A stretch of DNA of 64,000 bases from a bacterium (GTDB taxonomy: Bacteria > UBA8248): assembly GCA_965199855.1 (NCBI GenBank), contig OZ241326.1:896001-960000 (forward strand), written 5' to 3'. Both the position numbers and the translations under genes were made by a program. How positions within the stretch are numbered: position 1 is the stretch's first letter; every line of letters starts with the position of its first letter. The notes beneath the pieces are model-generated. The model was not told the DNA's origin. It ran no database searches and saw only the letters and a list, made by a program, of their open reading frames with translations. Positions 22,945-35,491 of the stretch are shown here, one piece after another.

Positions 22945-24822
22945 TCAGAGCGTTCCCGCGGCGAGCGATTTGCTCTCGACGTCGTTTCGCATTCTCTCCA
23001 TCAACTCCTCCAGTGAAATGGAACCCGCCTCGCCCCGCTCCCGGAGCCTGAGCGCGACCTCGCCGGCCTCGGCCTCGCGGGAGCCCACGACGAGCATATA
23101 CGGCACCTTGTCTCTCTGGGCTTCCCTGATCTTATACCCTATCTTCTCGTTTCGGAAATCCCCCTCCGCCCGAAAGCCGGCGGCGAGCAGCTTCCGCTCC
23201 ACCTCGCGCCCGTAGGGGACGTGGGCGTCGGTGATCGTCATGACGCGCGCCTGCTCGGGCGCGAGCCACGGCGGAAACGCGCCGGCGTAGTGCTCGAGCA
23301 GTCCGCCCACGAAGCGCTCCATCGACCCCATGACGGTTCGGTGAATCATGACGACCTTGTGGCGCGCGCCGTCCGCGCCGACGTAGTTGAGATCGAAGCG
23401 CTTCGGCAGGTTGAAGTCGAACTGAATGGTGGGGCCCTGCCAGCCCCGCCCGAGGGCGTCGCGCATCTTGATGTCGATTTTCGGCCCATAGAACGCCGCC
23501 TCGCCCTCGATGCGCTTGTAGGCGATGCCGCGCTTCTCGAGCGCAGCGCGCAGCGCCGCCTCCGCCGCCTCCCAGTCCTCGGCCACGCCCGCGTATTTGC
23601 TGAAATCGGAAGGATCATGTACGGAGAGCTCGGTCTCGAAATCATCGTAGCCGTAGGTTCCGAGCATGAAGTGCGCCAGGTCGATGACGCCCAGCACCTC
23701 CTCCTCCGCCTGCTCCGGCGTGCAGAAGATGTGCGCGTCGTCCTGGGTGAAGCCCCGCACCCGGAGCATTCCGTGCAGCGCGCCGCTGCGCTCGTAGCGA
23801 TAGACCGTGCCCAGCTCCGCCAGGCGGTAGGGCAGATCGCGGTAGCTGTGGATCTTCTGCTGATAGATCAGGATGTGGCCCGGGCAGTTCATGGGCTTCA
23901 GGACGTATTCATCCTCGTCGATGTTCAGGACATACATGTTCTCGCGGTAAAAATCATAATGCCCCGAGGTCCTGAAGAGAGCGTCCCGCGCGATGTGGGG
24001 GATGGAGACGAGCCGGTAGCCGCGCTTGACGTGCTCGTCCTCCCAGAAGCGCTCGATCACCTTTTTTACCACGGCGCCCCTGGGCTGCCAGTAAATCAGG
24101 CCGCCTCCCGCGTCCTCATCGACCAGGAATATGCCGAGCTGCCTGCCGAGGAGACGATGATCCCGCCTCCGGGCGTCCTCCAGGTTCCGGAGGTGGGCGT
24201 CCAGGGCCTCCTTCGTGCCGAAGGCGGTGCCGTAGATGCGCTGGAGCATCTTGTTTTTCTCGTCGCCGCGCCAGTAGGCGCCCGCCACGCTCAGGAGCTT
24301 GAAATTCCTCAGCATTCCCGTGCTGGGCGCGTGCGGCCCCCGGCACAGATCCACGAAATCGCCCTGGCGGTAGATGGAAAGCGCCTCGTCTTCGGGCAAT
24401 TCGCGGATCATCTCGAGCTTGTAACTCTCACCCCTTTCCCCGAAAAGGGCCAGCGCGTCCGCCCGGGAGATATCCTCGCGCCGGATGGCGTATCTTCTGC
24501 CGGCGAGCTTCTTCATCCTCCCCTCGATTTTCTTCAGGTCATCGGGGGTGAACGCGGCGTCGACGTCGACGTCGTAGTAGAACCCGCTTTCGATGGGAGG
24601 GCCGATGGCAAGCCGCGCGCCCGGGTAGAGCTCCCGCACCGCCTGCGCCATGAGGTGCGCCGTGCTGTGGCGCAGAATCTCAAGCCCCTCCTCGGAGTCG
24701 AGGGAGATGAACTCCGGCCGGGCGTCGCCGGGGAGGTCGCGATTCAGATCAACGGCCGCGCCGTCAAGCCTGAGCGCGATGGCGTCTTCGGGGAAATCTT
24801 TCCGGTCGGCTGGCTGGGACAT
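22945..24822 (-). CDS. thrS: threonine--tRNA ligase
   Basis: RHSTAHL, DLCRGPH, KPMNCPGH, RVRGFTQDDAH; N-terminal TGS region looks short. Confidence 0.98.
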   Translation of the reverse strand: MSQPADRKDFPEDAIALRLDGAAVDLNRDLPGDARPEFISLDSEEGLEILRHSTAHLMAQAVRELYPGARLAIGPPIESGFYYDVDVDAAFTPDDLKKIEGRMKKLAGRRYAIRREDISRADALALFGERGESYKLEMIRELPEDEALSIYRQGDFVDLCRGPHAPSTGMLRNFKLLSVAGAYWRGDEKNKMLQRIYGTAFGTKEALDAHLRNLEDARRRDHRLLGRQLGIFLVDEDAGGGLIYWQPRGAVVKKVIERFWEDEHVKRGYRLVSIPHIARDALFRTSGHYDFYRENMYVLNIDEDEYVLKPMNCPGHILIYQQKIHSYRDLPYRLAELGTVYRYERSGALHGMLRVRGFTQDDAHIFCTPEQAEEEVLGVIDLAHFMLGTYGYDDFETELSVHDPSDFSKYAGVAEDWEAAEAALRAALEKRGIAYKRIEGEAAFYGPKIDIKMRDALGRGWQGPTIQFDFNLPKRFDLNYVGADGARHKVVMIHRTVMGSMERFVGGLLEHYAGAFPPWLAPEQARVMTITDAHVPYGREVERKLLAAGFRAEGDFRNEKIGYKIREAQRDKVPYMLVVGSREAEAGEVALRLRERGEAGSISLEELMERMRNDVESKSLAAGTL

Positions 24823-24915
24823 AAACGGGCGTTTGCTGGCGCCGCAACTCCTTTTAGGCTACTCGAGTCATCATTCCCCGCGATGCGGCGGCGCGCCCCA
24901 TCGCTCGAGCCGTCA

Positions 24916-24990
24916 TGGTAGGCGCGGGCGGTTTTGAACCGCCGACCTCTTGCGTGTCAAGCAAGCGCTCTCCCCCTGAGCTACGCGCCT
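24916..24990 (-). tRNA. tRNA-Val(GAC)
   Basis: AGGCGCGTAGCTCAG...CTTGACACG...GGTTCAAA...CCTACCA cloverleaf with encoded CCA. Confidence 0.95.
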
Positions 24991-25006
24991 TCGCCTGCAT
25001 CGTGAA

Positions 25007-25035
25007 ATGATAGGAAGCGCTCCCCGCCTTGTCAA
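25007..25035 (-). promoter_or_regulatory. sigma70 promoter of tRNA-Val/thrS
   Basis: TTGACA-N17-TATCAT on the minus strand. Confidence 0.7.
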
Positions 25036-25146
25036 CGCGCCCACCGACGAAGACGAGAGAGACAATTTTCGGGAAAACGGCGGCCTCCCGCAGCGCGCCG
25101 CCGGACCCGCGCGGCCCGTTCGTCGAACCGGACGCGGGAGGATGGC

Positions 25147-26388
<1,242 letters not shown>

Positions 26389-26446
26389 CGACCGTTCCTC
26401 CCTCGGGGCAGAGCGCTTCCTGATCCGGCGAAAAGCCGGCTCCCGC

Positions 26447-27097
26447 CTAGGAGCCGTTGCTCTCCTGGTTCTTGGCGTTCTCGCCCCCGGCGGACGGCCT
26501 GGCGTCCGACGAATCCGTGCGCGAGACGATCACCGCGTCGAGCAGGCCGTAGTCCTTCGCCTGCTCCGCCGTCATAAAGTTATCACGATCCGTGTCCTTT
26601 TCAATCCTGTCGAGCGGCTGGCCGGTGTGCCTCGCGAGAATCTCGTTGAGCTCCTCGCGCATCCGCAGAATCTCGCGCGCCTGAATGTCGATGTCGGTCG
26701 CCTGTCCCTGCACGCCGCCCAGGGGCTGGTGGATGAGGATGCGCGAGTTGGGCAGGGCGTAGCGCTTGCCCCTGGCGCCCGCCGTCAGCAGGAGCGCGCC
26801 CATGCTCGCCGCCTGGCCGATGCAGATGGTGGACACGTCGGGGTTGATGTATTGGATCGTGTCGTAGATGGCGAGGCCCGCCGTCACGGAGCCCCCCGGG
26901 CTGTTGACGTACATGGCGATGTCCCGATCCGGCTCCTCCGCCTCCAGGAAGAGGAGCTGGGCCGTCACGAGGTTCGCTATGTAGTCGTCTATCGCCGTGC
27001 CCAGAAAGATGATTCTCTCCTTGAGCAGGCGGCTGTAGATGTCATACGCCCGCTCGCCGCGGTTCGTCTGTTCCACCACCATGGGTATGAGAGCCAC
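26447..27097 (-). CDS. clpP: Clp protease proteolytic subunit
   Basis: [23 protein letters not shown]. Confidence 0.99.
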   Translation of the reverse strand: MALIPMVVEQTNRGERAYDIYSRLLKERIIFLGTAIDDYIANLVTAQLLFLEAEEPDRDIAMYVNSPGGSVTAGLAIYDTIQYINPDVSTICIGQAASMGALLLTAGARGKRYALPNSRILIHQPLGGVQGQATDIDIQAREILRMREELNEILARHTGQPLDRIEKDTDRDNFMTAEQAKDYGLLDAVIVSRTDSSDARPSAGGENAKNQESNGS

Positions 27098-27100
27098 TGT

Positions 27101-28486
27101 CTATCCATCCTCTTTGGAATCGCCGCCGGGGGAGGGCTTCTCGCCGGCGCCTTCGTCCGGGCCGCGAGAACCCTCCCCATGCTCGCCGTGTTCGGCGGCG
27201 TCGTGAACGTCGAACTCCACGTCGGCGCGCTCGTAGAGCCACTCCACCGTCTTGTTGTAGTTGATGCTCGAGACGAGCGAGGCCATCGCCCCGGTCGTCA
27301 GCATCCTCTGCCTGAGTTTCTCGGGCGTCATGCCGTAGCGCGCGGCCGAGAGGTCGATCTGCGCCTGAACCTCCTCGGCGCCCGCCTCGATTCCCTCCGC
27401 CTCCCGAATGCGCTCGACCAGAATGCGCCGGCGCGCGCGCTCCTCGGCCTCGGGTCTCGCCTCTTCGCGCAACTCCTCGATTTTCGCCTCCGAGAGCCGA
27501 ACGTCGGGGTTCTCCTGGCGGAGCCTGCGCTCGTATTCCCGAATCTGCTCGTCCGCCTCTCCCCGCACCAGCGTGGGCGGCGCCTCGAAGGGATGCGCCT
27601 CCAGCAGCGCGCCCAGGAGCTCCGAGATTCCCTGGCGGCGCGCGTTCGCGTCCTCCATGGATTCCATCTCCCTCGCGACGTCCGCCCTCAAGTCCGCCGC
27701 GCTCGCGTAGCCGCGCCCCAGGGACTTGACGAAATCCTCATCCAGCGCGGGCGGATGCGCCTCCTTCACCTCCTTGAGACGGAGCCGGAACGTCAGCCGC
27801 CTGCCGGCGATGCCGGGCGCGGCGTTCTGAGGAACGTCGATCTCTATCTCCTTCTCCTCCCCGCCCCTCATGCCCGTGAGCGCGTCGCCCAGCTCCTTCT
27901 CGCTCTCGTCGCTCCCTATCATCAGCGCCTGGCTCTCCCCCCGGGTGCCGGGGACGGCCTCCCCGTTCTCGAAGCCCTCGATGTCGAAAAGAACATAGTC
28001 TCCGCTCCGCGCCTCCCTGTCCACGTCCTCGAAGGCGGCGGCCCGCTGGCGGAGCGCCTCGATCTGCTCCTCGACCATCTCCTCCGTCACCGCGTGGCGA
28101 TGAACCTTCACCTTGAGCCCCGCGTATCGCCCGAGCTCGAAGGGGGGGACGACCTCCACCGTCGCCTTGAAGGTGAGCTCCGGCGCGTCCTCCTCCATCC
28201 GGATGTCGCTCACGTTCGGCTCGCCCACCGGGCGCATCCCCTTGTCCTCGAGAATCCTTCGGTAGGAAGCGGATATCACGTAGTTCAGCACCTCCGCCCG
28301 CACCTCTTCGCCGTAGTAGCGCTCGAGCACGCGGCGCGGAACTTTCCCCTTCCTGAAGCCTTTTATCTTCACGCGCCCCGAGAGGCGCCTGTAGGCGCGC
28401 TCGGTCTCCTCGGCGACCTCCGCGCGCGGAACGGCGACCTCCAGCCGCTTCGTGCAGGCGTCGACGTCGCTCACGGTGCCCGTCAT
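27101..28486 (-). CDS. tig: trigger factor
   Basis: GFRKGKVP ribosome-binding motif, FKBP domain; start at MTGTV. Confidence 0.95.
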   Translation of the reverse strand: MTGTVSDVDACTKRLEVAVPRAEVAEETERAYRRLSGRVKIKGFRKGKVPRRVLERYYGEEVRAEVLNYVISASYRRILEDKGMRPVGEPNVSDIRMEEDAPELTFKATVEVVPPFELGRYAGLKVKVHRHAVTEEMVEEQIEALRQRAAAFEDVDREARSGDYVLFDIEGFENGEAVPGTRGESQALMIGSDESEKELGDALTGMRGGEEKEIEIDVPQNAAPGIAGRRLTFRLRLKEVKEAHPPALDEDFVKSLGRGYASAADLRADVAREMESMEDANARRQGISELLGALLEAHPFEAPPTLVRGEADEQIREYERRLRQENPDVRLSEAKIEELREEARPEAEERARRRILVERIREAEGIEAGAEEVQAQIDLSAARYGMTPEKLRQRMLTTGAMASLVSSINYNKTVEWLYERADVEFDVHDAAEHGEHGEGSRGPDEGAGEKPSPGGDSKEDG

Positions 28487-28543
28487 TCCCCACTCCCCGG
28501 AATCAAGGTCAAACCTGAACGGCGTGAAAGCGGGCGCAGCCTC

Positions 28544-28628
28544 TGGTGCGAAGGGGGGGACTCGAACCCCCACGCCCGAAGGCACTGGAACCTAAATCCA
28601 GCGCGTCTGCCAGTTCCGCCACCCTCGC
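28544..28628 (-). tRNA. tRNA-Leu(TAG)
   Basis: GCGAGGGTGGCGGAACTGG...TTTAGGT...long variable arm...GGTTCGAGTCC...ACCA. Confidence 0.95.
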
Positions 28629-28736
28629 ATCCCGCCGGCGAACAAGGGGTTGCGCCGTCCGGAAAGCCCCCTCCAACTCCCCGCCCGTGAAGAGGACGAA
28701 GGCGAAAGGCTCCCCGGCCGGGATTTCGCGCCCCCC

Positions 28737-28765
28737 AATCTAGTCGCGCGGCTCCCGGCCGTCAA
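28737..28765 (-). promoter_or_regulatory. sigma70 promoter of tRNA-Leu/tig
   Basis: TTGACG-N17-TAGATT on the minus strand. Confidence 0.55.
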
Positions 28766-28829
28766 CGGCGAGACGGGACGAGACGGCCCGTCCGGACGCG
28801 AGACCGGCGCGGAAGCGAAAATCGGGGCT

Positions 28830-31800
28830 TCAGGGGGAGCGGCGTCCGAGGGGCGTCGCGCTCGCCGCCGCCTTCTCCTCCTCGCCGCGCGTCGGGCGGG
28901 AGACCTCGTAGTTCAGGGAGGAAGCGAGCCATTTCTCGATGAAGGCGGGCTCCATGCCCTTCCTGCGGGCGTAGTCGCGCGCCTGATCGCGCCCGATTTT
29001 GCCCACGCCGAAATAGCGCGCCTCGGGATGGGCGAAATACCACCCGCTCACCGAGGCGGCGGGCAGCATGGCGAAGCTCTCCGTGAGGCTCACGCCCGCG
29101 CGCCCCTGCGGGTCGATGAGGTCGAGGAGCGTCTGCTTCTCGGTGTGGTCGGGACACGCGGGGTAGCCGGGCGCGGGGCGGATGCCCCGGTATCTCTCCT
29201 TGATGAACGCCTCGTTGTCCAGCCCCTCTTCTTTCGCGTATCCCCAGAACTCCTTGCGGACGCGCTCGTGAAGCCGCTCGGCGAACGCCTCGGCCAGCCT
29301 GTCGGCCAGCGCCTTCACCATGATGGCGCCGTAGTCGTCGTTCGCCCGCTCGCGCGCCCGCGCCGCCTCGTCCGCCCCCAGGCCCGCCGTCACCACGAAG
29401 GCGCCCAGGTAGTCCGCCGCGCCGCTCTCCTTCGGCGCCACGAAATCCGCCAGGCAAAGGTTCGCGCCGGCGGGGGCCTTCCTCATCTGCTGGCGCATGA
29501 AGCGGGCGACGGCGAGCGTCTCGCTCCTGGATGAATCGGCGTAAATCTCCACGTCGTCGCCCACGGAATTCGCCGGAAACAGCCCCACGGCTCCCCTGGC
29601 CCTCAGCATCCGCCGATCGATGACGCGCTCGAGCATGTCCTGCGCGTCCCGGTAGAGGCTCTGCGCGGCTTCGCCCACCATCGGGTCCTTGAAAATCGCG
29701 GGATACGCGCCGCTCAGCTCCCAGGTGCGGAAAAAGGGCGTCCAGTCGATGCGGTCCCGCAGATCGGCCAAGGGGTAGTCCTCGAAAAACTCGACCCCCT
29801 CGAGGTTCGGCCTGGCGACGGCGTCCCAATGGATTCGCAGGCGATTCCCGCGCGCCTCCTCCAGTGAGCAGAACGCCGCCTGGGCGCGCCCCGCCTCGTG
29901 ACGCGCCTGCAAGCCCTCATACTCCTCGCGCCGCGCCCGTATGAAATCCGCCTTCAGGGCGTCGCTCATAAGATGCCCCATCACGCCCACGCTCCTCGAC
30001 GCGTCCTCCACGTAGACCGTAGGCCCGCTGTAGTTCGGCGCGATCTTGACGGCGGTGTGCGCCCTGGAAGTCGTCGCGCCCCCGATGAGGAGGGGGATAT
30101 CGAAGCCCAGGCGCTCCATCTCGCCCGCCACGTGCGCCATCTCATCGAGCGAGGGGGTGATGAGGCCGCTCAGGCCGATGACGTCCGCTCCCTCCTCGCG
30201 CGCGGTCTCCAGAATCCTCGCGCACGGGGCCATGACGCCCAAATCGACGACCTCGTAGTTGTTGCACTGAAGCACGACGCCCACGATGTTCTTGCCGATG
30301 TCGTGAACGTCGCCCTTCACCGTGGCCAGGAGCGCCTTCCCGTTCGAGCGCCCCGCGCCCGCCTCCTTTTCGGCTTCCAGAAAGGGGACCAGGTGGGCGA
30401 CGGCGGTCTTCATCACCCGGGCGCTCTTCACCACCTGGGGCAGGAACATCTTCCCCGAGCCGAACAGATCGCCCACGACGTTCATCCCGTCCATGAGGGG
30501 GCCTTCGATCACCTCGATGGGACGCGCGGAGGCCAGGCGGGCCTCCTCGGCATCCTCCACGACGTATTGCGTAATCCCCTTGACCAGGGCGTGGGCCAGA
30601 CGCTCGGCCACCGGCCGCTCGCGCCAGGCGAGGTCCTCAACGCGGGATTTGGCCTGCCCCTTCACCGCGTCGGCCACCTCGAGCAGGCGATCGGTGGCGT
30701 CCGGCCGGCGGTTCAGGAGCACGTCCTCGACCCGTTCGAGCAGATCCGCCGGAATTTCCTGGTACACCGCCAGCTGGCCCGCGTTCACGATGCCCATGTC
30801 CATTCCGCTCTTGACGGCGTGGTAGAGGAACGCGGCGTGCATGGCCTCGCGCACGCCGTCGTTTCCCCGGAAGGAGAAGGAGACGTTGCTCACGCCCCCG
30901 CTCACGAGCGCGCCCGGAAGCTCCGCCTTGATGCGCCGGACGGCCTCGAAATAGGCCGCGGCGTATTCGCCGTGCTCCTCGATGCCCGTGGCGACGGCGA
31001 AGATGTTGGGGTCGAAGATGACGTCGTTCGGCGCGAAGCCCACCTCGCGCGTCAGAATCCCGTAGGCGCGCCTGCATATCTCGAGCTTCCGCCCGGCGGT
31101 CTCCGCCTGCCCCTCCTCGTCGAAGGCCATCACGAGAACGGCCGCGCCGTAGCGCTTCACCAGCCGCGCCTGCTCGATGAAGGGCGCCTCCCCCTCCTTC
31201 AGGCTGATGGAGTTGACGATGGGCCTGCCCTGGAGGCATTTCAGCCCCGCCTCGAGGACCTCCCACCTCGAGGAGTCGATCATCACCGGCACGCGGCTGA
31301 TGTCGGGCTCGGACGCGATGAGCCGCAGGAAGGCGGCCATCGCCTCCTCGGAGTCGAGCATCCCCTCGTCCATGTTCACGTCGATGATCTGCGCCCCGCC
31401 CCGCACCTGCTGGCGCGCGACTTCGAGCGCCTTCTCGTAGTCCCCCTCCCGAATCAGCCTGGCGAAGCGCGCCGAGCCCGCCACGTTGGTGCGCTCGCCC
31501 ACGTTCACGAAACCCGTATCGGGCCCGATGTTCATCGGCTCGAGGCCGCTGAGGCGGCACCGGGGCGGAATTTCCGGAATCCGGCGCGGGGCGAAGCCCT
31601 CCACCGCCTCCCGAATCGCTCGAATGTGGGCGGGCGTGGTGCCGCAGCAGCCGCCCACCAGGTTCAGAAAGCCGCTCCGCGCGAATTCGCCGAGCACCTC
31701 CGCCATGAGTTCGGGCGTGTCGTCGTATTCGCCGAACTCGTTGGGAAGACCCGCGTTGGGGTGCACGCTCACCGGCGCGTCCGCCACGCGGGAGAGCTCC

Positions 31801-32588
31801 CGGACGTAGGGGCGGAGATCGCCCGCGCCCAGGGCGCAGTTCAGCCCGACGCTCATGGGCCGGTAGCCCGCGACGGAGTTCCAGAACGCCTCGGTCGTCT
31901 GGCCGGAGAGGGTGCGGCCGCTCGCGTCCGTGATGGTTCCCGAAACCATGACGGGAACGCGCTCCCCCAGGGACTCGAAGAGCTCCTCCAGCGCGAACAG
32001 CGCGGCCTTGCAGTTGAGCGTGTCGAAAGCCGTCTCCACCAGCAGCGCGTCCGCCCCGCCCGCGAGAAGCCCGCGGGCGGATTCGGCGTAGGCCGCCGCC
32101 AGCTCCTCGAAGGTGACGTTCCTGAAGCCCGGCTCGCTCACCCGGGGCGAGATGGAGGCGGTGCGATTCGTCGGGCCCAGAACGCCCGCGACGAAGCGGG
32201 GCCGCCCCTCCTTCCGCTCGAAGGCGTCGGCCGCCTCCCTGGCGAGGCGCGCCGACGCCTCGCTCAGCTCCCGGGAGAGGCCCTCCATCCGGTAATCCGA
32301 GAGCGATATGGAGGTCGAGTTGAACGAATTGGTTTCGATGACGTCCGCGCCCGCCTCGAGAAAATCCGCGTGGATGCGCCTGACGACGTCGGGCCGCGTG
32401 ATGCTCAGGAGGTCGTTGTTGCCCTTGAGGTCGCAGGGATGGTCGGCGAAGCGCGCGCCGCGGAAGTCGGCCTCGCCCAGATTCTCCGCCTGGATCATCG
32501 TCCCCATCGCGCCGTCGATGATCGCGATGCGCGAGGCCAGAAGATCAAAGAGCGCGTCGAGCCGCGCGCCGCGTGACGCCGTTTCCAT
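28830..32588 (-). CDS. metH: B12-dependent methionine synthase
   Basis: [39 protein letters not shown]. Confidence 0.99.
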   Translation of the reverse strand: METASRGARLDALFDLLASRIAIIDGAMGTMIQAENLGEADFRGARFADHPCDLKGNNDLLSITRPDVVRRIHADFLEAGADVIETNSFNSTSISLSDYRMEGLSRELSEASARLAREAADAFERKEGRPRFVAGVLGPTNRTASISPRVSEPGFRNVTFEELAAAYAESARGLLAGGADALLVETAFDTLNCKAALFALEELFESLGERVPVMVSGTITDASGRTLSGQTTEAFWNSVAGYRPMSVGLNCALGAGDLRPYVRELSRVADAPVSVHPNAGLPNEFGEYDDTPELMAEVLGEFARSGFLNLVGGCCGTTPAHIRAIREAVEGFAPRRIPEIPPRCRLSGLEPMNIGPDTGFVNVGERTNVAGSARFARLIREGDYEKALEVARQQVRGGAQIIDVNMDEGMLDSEEAMAAFLRLIASEPDISRVPVMIDSSRWEVLEAGLKCLQGRPIVNSISLKEGEAPFIEQARLVKRYGAAVLVMAFDEEGQAETAGRKLEICRRAYGILTREVGFAPNDVIFDPNIFAVATGIEEHGEYAAAYFEAVRRIKAELPGALVSGGVSNVSFSFRGNDGVREAMHAAFLYHAVKSGMDMGIVNAGQLAVYQEIPADLLERVEDVLLNRRPDATDRLLEVADAVKGQAKSRVEDLAWRERPVAERLAHALVKGITQYVVEDAEEARLASARPIEVIEGPLMDGMNVVGDLFGSGKMFLPQVVKSARVMKTAVAHLVPFLEAEKEAGAGRSNGKALLATVKGDVHDIGKNIVGVVLQCNNYEVVDLGVMAPCARILETAREEGADVIGLSGLITPSLDEMAHVAGEMERLGFDIPLLIGGATTSRAHTAVKIAPNYSGPTVYVEDASRSVGVMGHLMSDALKADFIRARREEYEGLQARHEAGRAQAAFCSLEEARGNRLRIHWDAVARPNLEGVEFFEDYPLADLRDRIDWTPFFRTWELSGAYPAIFKDPMVGEAAQSLYRDAQDMLERVIDRRMLRARGAVGLFPANSVGDDVEIYADSSRSETLAVARFMRQQMRKAPAGANLCLADFVAPKESGAADYLGAFVVTAGLGADEAARARERANDDYGAIMVKALADRLAEAFAERLHERVRKEFWGYAKEEGLDNEAFIKERYRGIRPAPGYPACPDHTEKQTLLDLIDPQGRAGVSLTESFAMLPAASVSGWYFAHPEARYFGVGKIGRDQARDYARRKGMEPAFIEKWLASSLNYEVSRPTRGEEEKAAASATPLGRRSP

Positions 32589-32706
32589 AGGTCATCCCGA
32601 ATCAAGCGCTTGAAGATTCAAGCCGTGCGGGCGTTTATAGGCGATTTTCAGGCGGGAGCAAAGCGCGGACGCCAGACGGCGGGGTTCGGGGGCGCGGCGA
32701 AGCGGC

Positions 32707-33516
32707 CTAGCCTTCCCGGCGCACCGTCTCCTCAATGAAGGCGTAGGCGTTGTGGTCGTGGATGGACTCGAAATTCTCCACCTCCACCTGAAACCAGGTG
32801 ACGCGCGCGTCGTTGCGGAGCAGGAGCGCCGCCTCGCGCACCACGTCCTCCACGAAGCGGGGGTTGTCGAACGCCGTCTCGGTGACGAACTTCTCGTCCT
32901 CGCGCTTCAATATCGGATAAAGGGCGCAGCTGCCCGCGCTCTCGGCGATTTCGACGAGCTCCTCTATCCAGAACTCGCCGTTGAAGCGCACCCTGATCCG
33001 CACGTGCCCCCTCTGGTTGTGCGCGCCGCGCAGGCTGATCTCCTTCGAGCACGGGCACAGCGTGGCGATGCGCACCATGATGCTCAGGATGAAGTCGTCC
33101 GCCGCGCCGGCGGAGGCGTCGAAGCCGCACTCGAGCGCCATCAGCCCCTCGGCGCCCGTCACCGGCGCCGCTTTCTGCATGAAGTAGGGGAAGGAGACCG
33201 AAAAGTGCGCCGTCTCCGCGTCGAGGCGCTCCCGAATCGTCTGAAGTATCGAGGGCACGCCGTCCACGCTGATGGCGTCCGTATGCTCGTTCAGCACCTC
33301 CAGGAAGCGGCTCATGTGGGTGCCCTTGAAGTGATGCGGCAGGTCCACGTACATGTTGATGGTGCCGATGGTGTGCTGGGCCTGCTTCGCCCTGTCCTTC
33401 ACCACGATGGGGTAGCGGATGTTCTTGACGCCCACCTTGTCTATCTTGACGTTGCGCGCATCGGCGCCGGCCTGCACGTCGGCGAGGCCGGCGGACTCTC
33501 CCGGGAGACCTGACAT
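32707..33516 (-). CDS. folE2: GTP cyclohydrolase IB
   Basis: KGTHMSRF, LCPCSKEIS, AHNQR, LKREDEK, ESIHDHNA. Confidence 0.95.
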   Translation of the reverse strand: MSGLPGESAGLADVQAGADARNVKIDKVGVKNIRYPIVVKDRAKQAQHTIGTINMYVDLPHHFKGTHMSRFLEVLNEHTDAISVDGVPSILQTIRERLDAETAHFSVSFPYFMQKAAPVTGAEGLMALECGFDASAGAADDFILSIMVRIATLCPCSKEISLRGAHNQRGHVRIRVRFNGEFWIEELVEIAESAGSCALYPILKREDEKFVTETAFDNPRFVEDVVREAALLLRNDARVTWFQVEVENFESIHDHNAYAFIEETVRREG

Positions 33517-33522
33517 CGAGCC

Positions 33523-33900
33523 TCATCCCCTTTCGTCGGCTGCGGAGGCCGCGCGGTCGGCGGCCTGCCCCTCCGGCGCGCGCCTTCTTCTGCGCTCGAT
33601 TTCGGACATCTTCTCCGAAACGGCCGCGCCCAGGTCAATCCCCCGCGCGTTGGCGTAGTTCAGCGCGGCGATCACGACGTCCGCCGCCTCGTCCGCGTAG
33701 GCCGCCGGGGCGATTGCGCCGCCTCTCCATTCCTTCTTTTCGAGATTCGCGAGCTCGCCCGTCTCGCCCGCCAGCTCCAGGGCGAAAAAGCGCGGCCCGC
33801 GCGCGGGAAACGCCCTCTTCTGATACCGCTCGAACTCCGCCTGCAGGGCGCGCAGCCCCTCGTAGGAGCGCGGAAGCGGCGGAGCGTCCTCATGGCTCAC
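33523..33900 (-). CDS. MazG-like nucleoside triphosphate pyrophosphohydrolase
   Basis: ELAGETGEL...EAADV (ExxE..ExxD), GIDLGAAVSEKM; GTG start after GGAGG. Confidence 0.75.
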   Translation of the reverse strand: MSHEDAPPLPRSYEGLRALQAEFERYQKRAFPARGPRFFALELAGETGELANLEKKEWRGGAIAPAAYADEAADVVIAALNYANARGIDLGAAVSEKMSEIERRRRRAPEGQAADRAASAADERG

Positions 33901-34035
33901 CGGAAACCCATCCTCCACCTCATCCCGCGAGCCGGGGAATTTCCGGCTCCCCGGCGAAGACGCCCCCCCGAAGGCGGCGCGGCCGAGTGTCTCACCCCGA
34001 AACGGGGGCGTCAAACGCCGCCGCGCGATCCCGCG

Positions 34036-34064
34036 TTGACGCCGCGAGCCGCAGCTTCTACTCT
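34036..34064 (+). promoter_or_regulatory. putative sigma70 promoter of the amidohydrolase
   Basis: TTGACG-N17-TACTCT. Confidence 0.45.
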
Positions 34065-34135
34065 CCCCCCGAAGCCATGCCGAAAGCGGTGCGCGCGCGA
34101 AGGCGCCCCCGGAACCCGAACGGAGGAAAACCCCG

Positions 34136-35131
34136 TTGCCCAACATCGACCTGCACCATCACATCTACATCCCGGAGGCGGAGGAGATCGCCTCCAGGGA
34201 GCGCGAACGCCGTCCCCAGCACGCCGACAGCTTCGAGGGCTTCTTCCCGCCGGTCTCCTCGCGCTACAACGCCGAGATGACGAAGGCGAACTGGGGGGTT
34301 CAGCTCGCCGACGCGGAGCGGAAGCTGAGCGACATGAAGGCGGATCGCCTCGACATGGCGCTGGTCTCCCCGCCGCCGCCCACCTTCTACTACTGGATGG
34401 GCGGGAGCGCGGGCGATGAGGTCGTCAGGGTTCAGAACGACGGCGTGGTCGATTTCTGCCGCAGGAACGCCGGGCATTTCCGGGGACTTTGCAACCTGCC
34501 CATGCAGAACGGGGGCGAGGCGGCGGCGGCCGAGCTCGGGCGCGCCATGGACAAAGGGCTGCTCGGCTGCATCATCTCCGATCGCATCGGCGCCCACGCG
34601 CTCGACGAGCCGCAGTATGAGGAATTCTGGGCGGCGGCCGAGAAGCGCGGCGCCCTGGTGTTCATCCATCCCGACTTCGCGGACTTCAAGCCCCTCTATC
34701 CCTTCTACATGGCGAACTGCGTGGGCAACCCGCTGGCCACCACGGTCGCGGCGACGCGGCTCATCCTCTCGGGACACTTCGAGCGCTACCCGAAGCTGGA
34801 AGTCATGCTCGCCCACGGGGGCGGAAACCTCCCCTGGGCCATCGGCCGCATCCAGCACTGCTGGGAGGCGCGGCCCGAGACGCGGGTTCACACGCCGCAT
34901 CCGCCGCGCCACTACTTCAAAAACCTCTATTTCGACGTCATCACCTTCAACCCCTCCGCGCTCCGGTGGATGGTCGGGGAGGTGGGCGCGGAGCGCGTCG
35001 TCTGCGGCACGGACTACCCCTACGACATGATGCAGACGCGCGTCGTGGACTTCGTGGAGGGGGCGGGCCTCGCCGAAGACGCCCAGGAGCTCATCCTGCG
35101 CGCCACGCCGGCGCGGCTCATGCGGCTGTAA
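34136..35131 (+). CDS. amidohydrolase_2 family protein (ACMSD-like decarboxylase)
   Basis: IDLHHH, VFIHP, LAHGGG, GTDYPYDM. Confidence 0.9.
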   Translation: MPNIDLHHHIYIPEAEEIASRERERRPQHADSFEGFFPPVSSRYNAEMTKANWGVQLADAERKLSDMKADRLDMALVSPPPPTFYYWMGGSAGDEVVRVQNDGVVDFCRRNAGHFRGLCNLPMQNGGEAAAAELGRAMDKGLLGCIISDRIGAHALDEPQYEEFWAAAEKRGALVFIHPDFADFKPLYPFYMANCVGNPLATTVAATRLILSGHFERYPKLEVMLAHGGGNLPWAIGRIQHCWEARPETRVHTPHPPRHYFKNLYFDVITFNPSALRWMVGEVGAERVVCGTDYPYDMMQTRVVDFVEGAGLAEDAQELILRATPARLMRL

Positions 35132-35183
35132 GGGGGCGGCGCGCCCCGAAAAGCCGCTCCTCTCCCGAAAATCCCGCCGCCGA

Positions 35184-35203
35184 ATTGTTCCACGTGGAAC
35201 AAT
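35184..35203. promoter_or_regulatory. parS centromere-like site
   Basis: perfect palindrome ATTGTTCCACGTGGAACAAT containing the 16-bp parS consensus. Confidence 0.8.
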
Positions 35204-35209
35204 CGCGCG

Positions 35210-35430
35210 CGCCTGCGCGCATTTGCCCGCATTTGCGAGGCGGAGGCGGGGGCAGGCCGGGTTATATTCCTGATGCGGCGGAAGTGCGCCCGAAGAGGAG
35301 AGGAAGGCGGGCGAATCGGGGAGCGGGCGGGATCGTCAAAGGGGCCTCTAAGGGGTCGAAAAAGGACGGGAAACAGCTGCGTATTTGTCTATATCGGCCT
35401 TGAATTTGTCTGATTTTGTCGAAATTCATT
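35210..35430 (-). repeat. non-coding dispersed element, copy B
   Basis: reverse complement aligns block by block with 12730-12980. Confidence 0.75.
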
Positions 35431-35491
35431 CGCGCCTTTCGCAACGGATGAAAACCCCTCTGAACTTCCGAAGAAATCCCGCCGCGGCTCC

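Noticed and set aside
28486-28585. Extended N-terminus of tig in the ORF track
   Set aside because: It overlaps tRNA-Leu; ATG 28486 fits the family start.
32589-32706. Cobalamin or SAM riboswitch upstream of metH
   Set aside because: The spacer is short and no B12-box or SAM-I core motifs were recognised.
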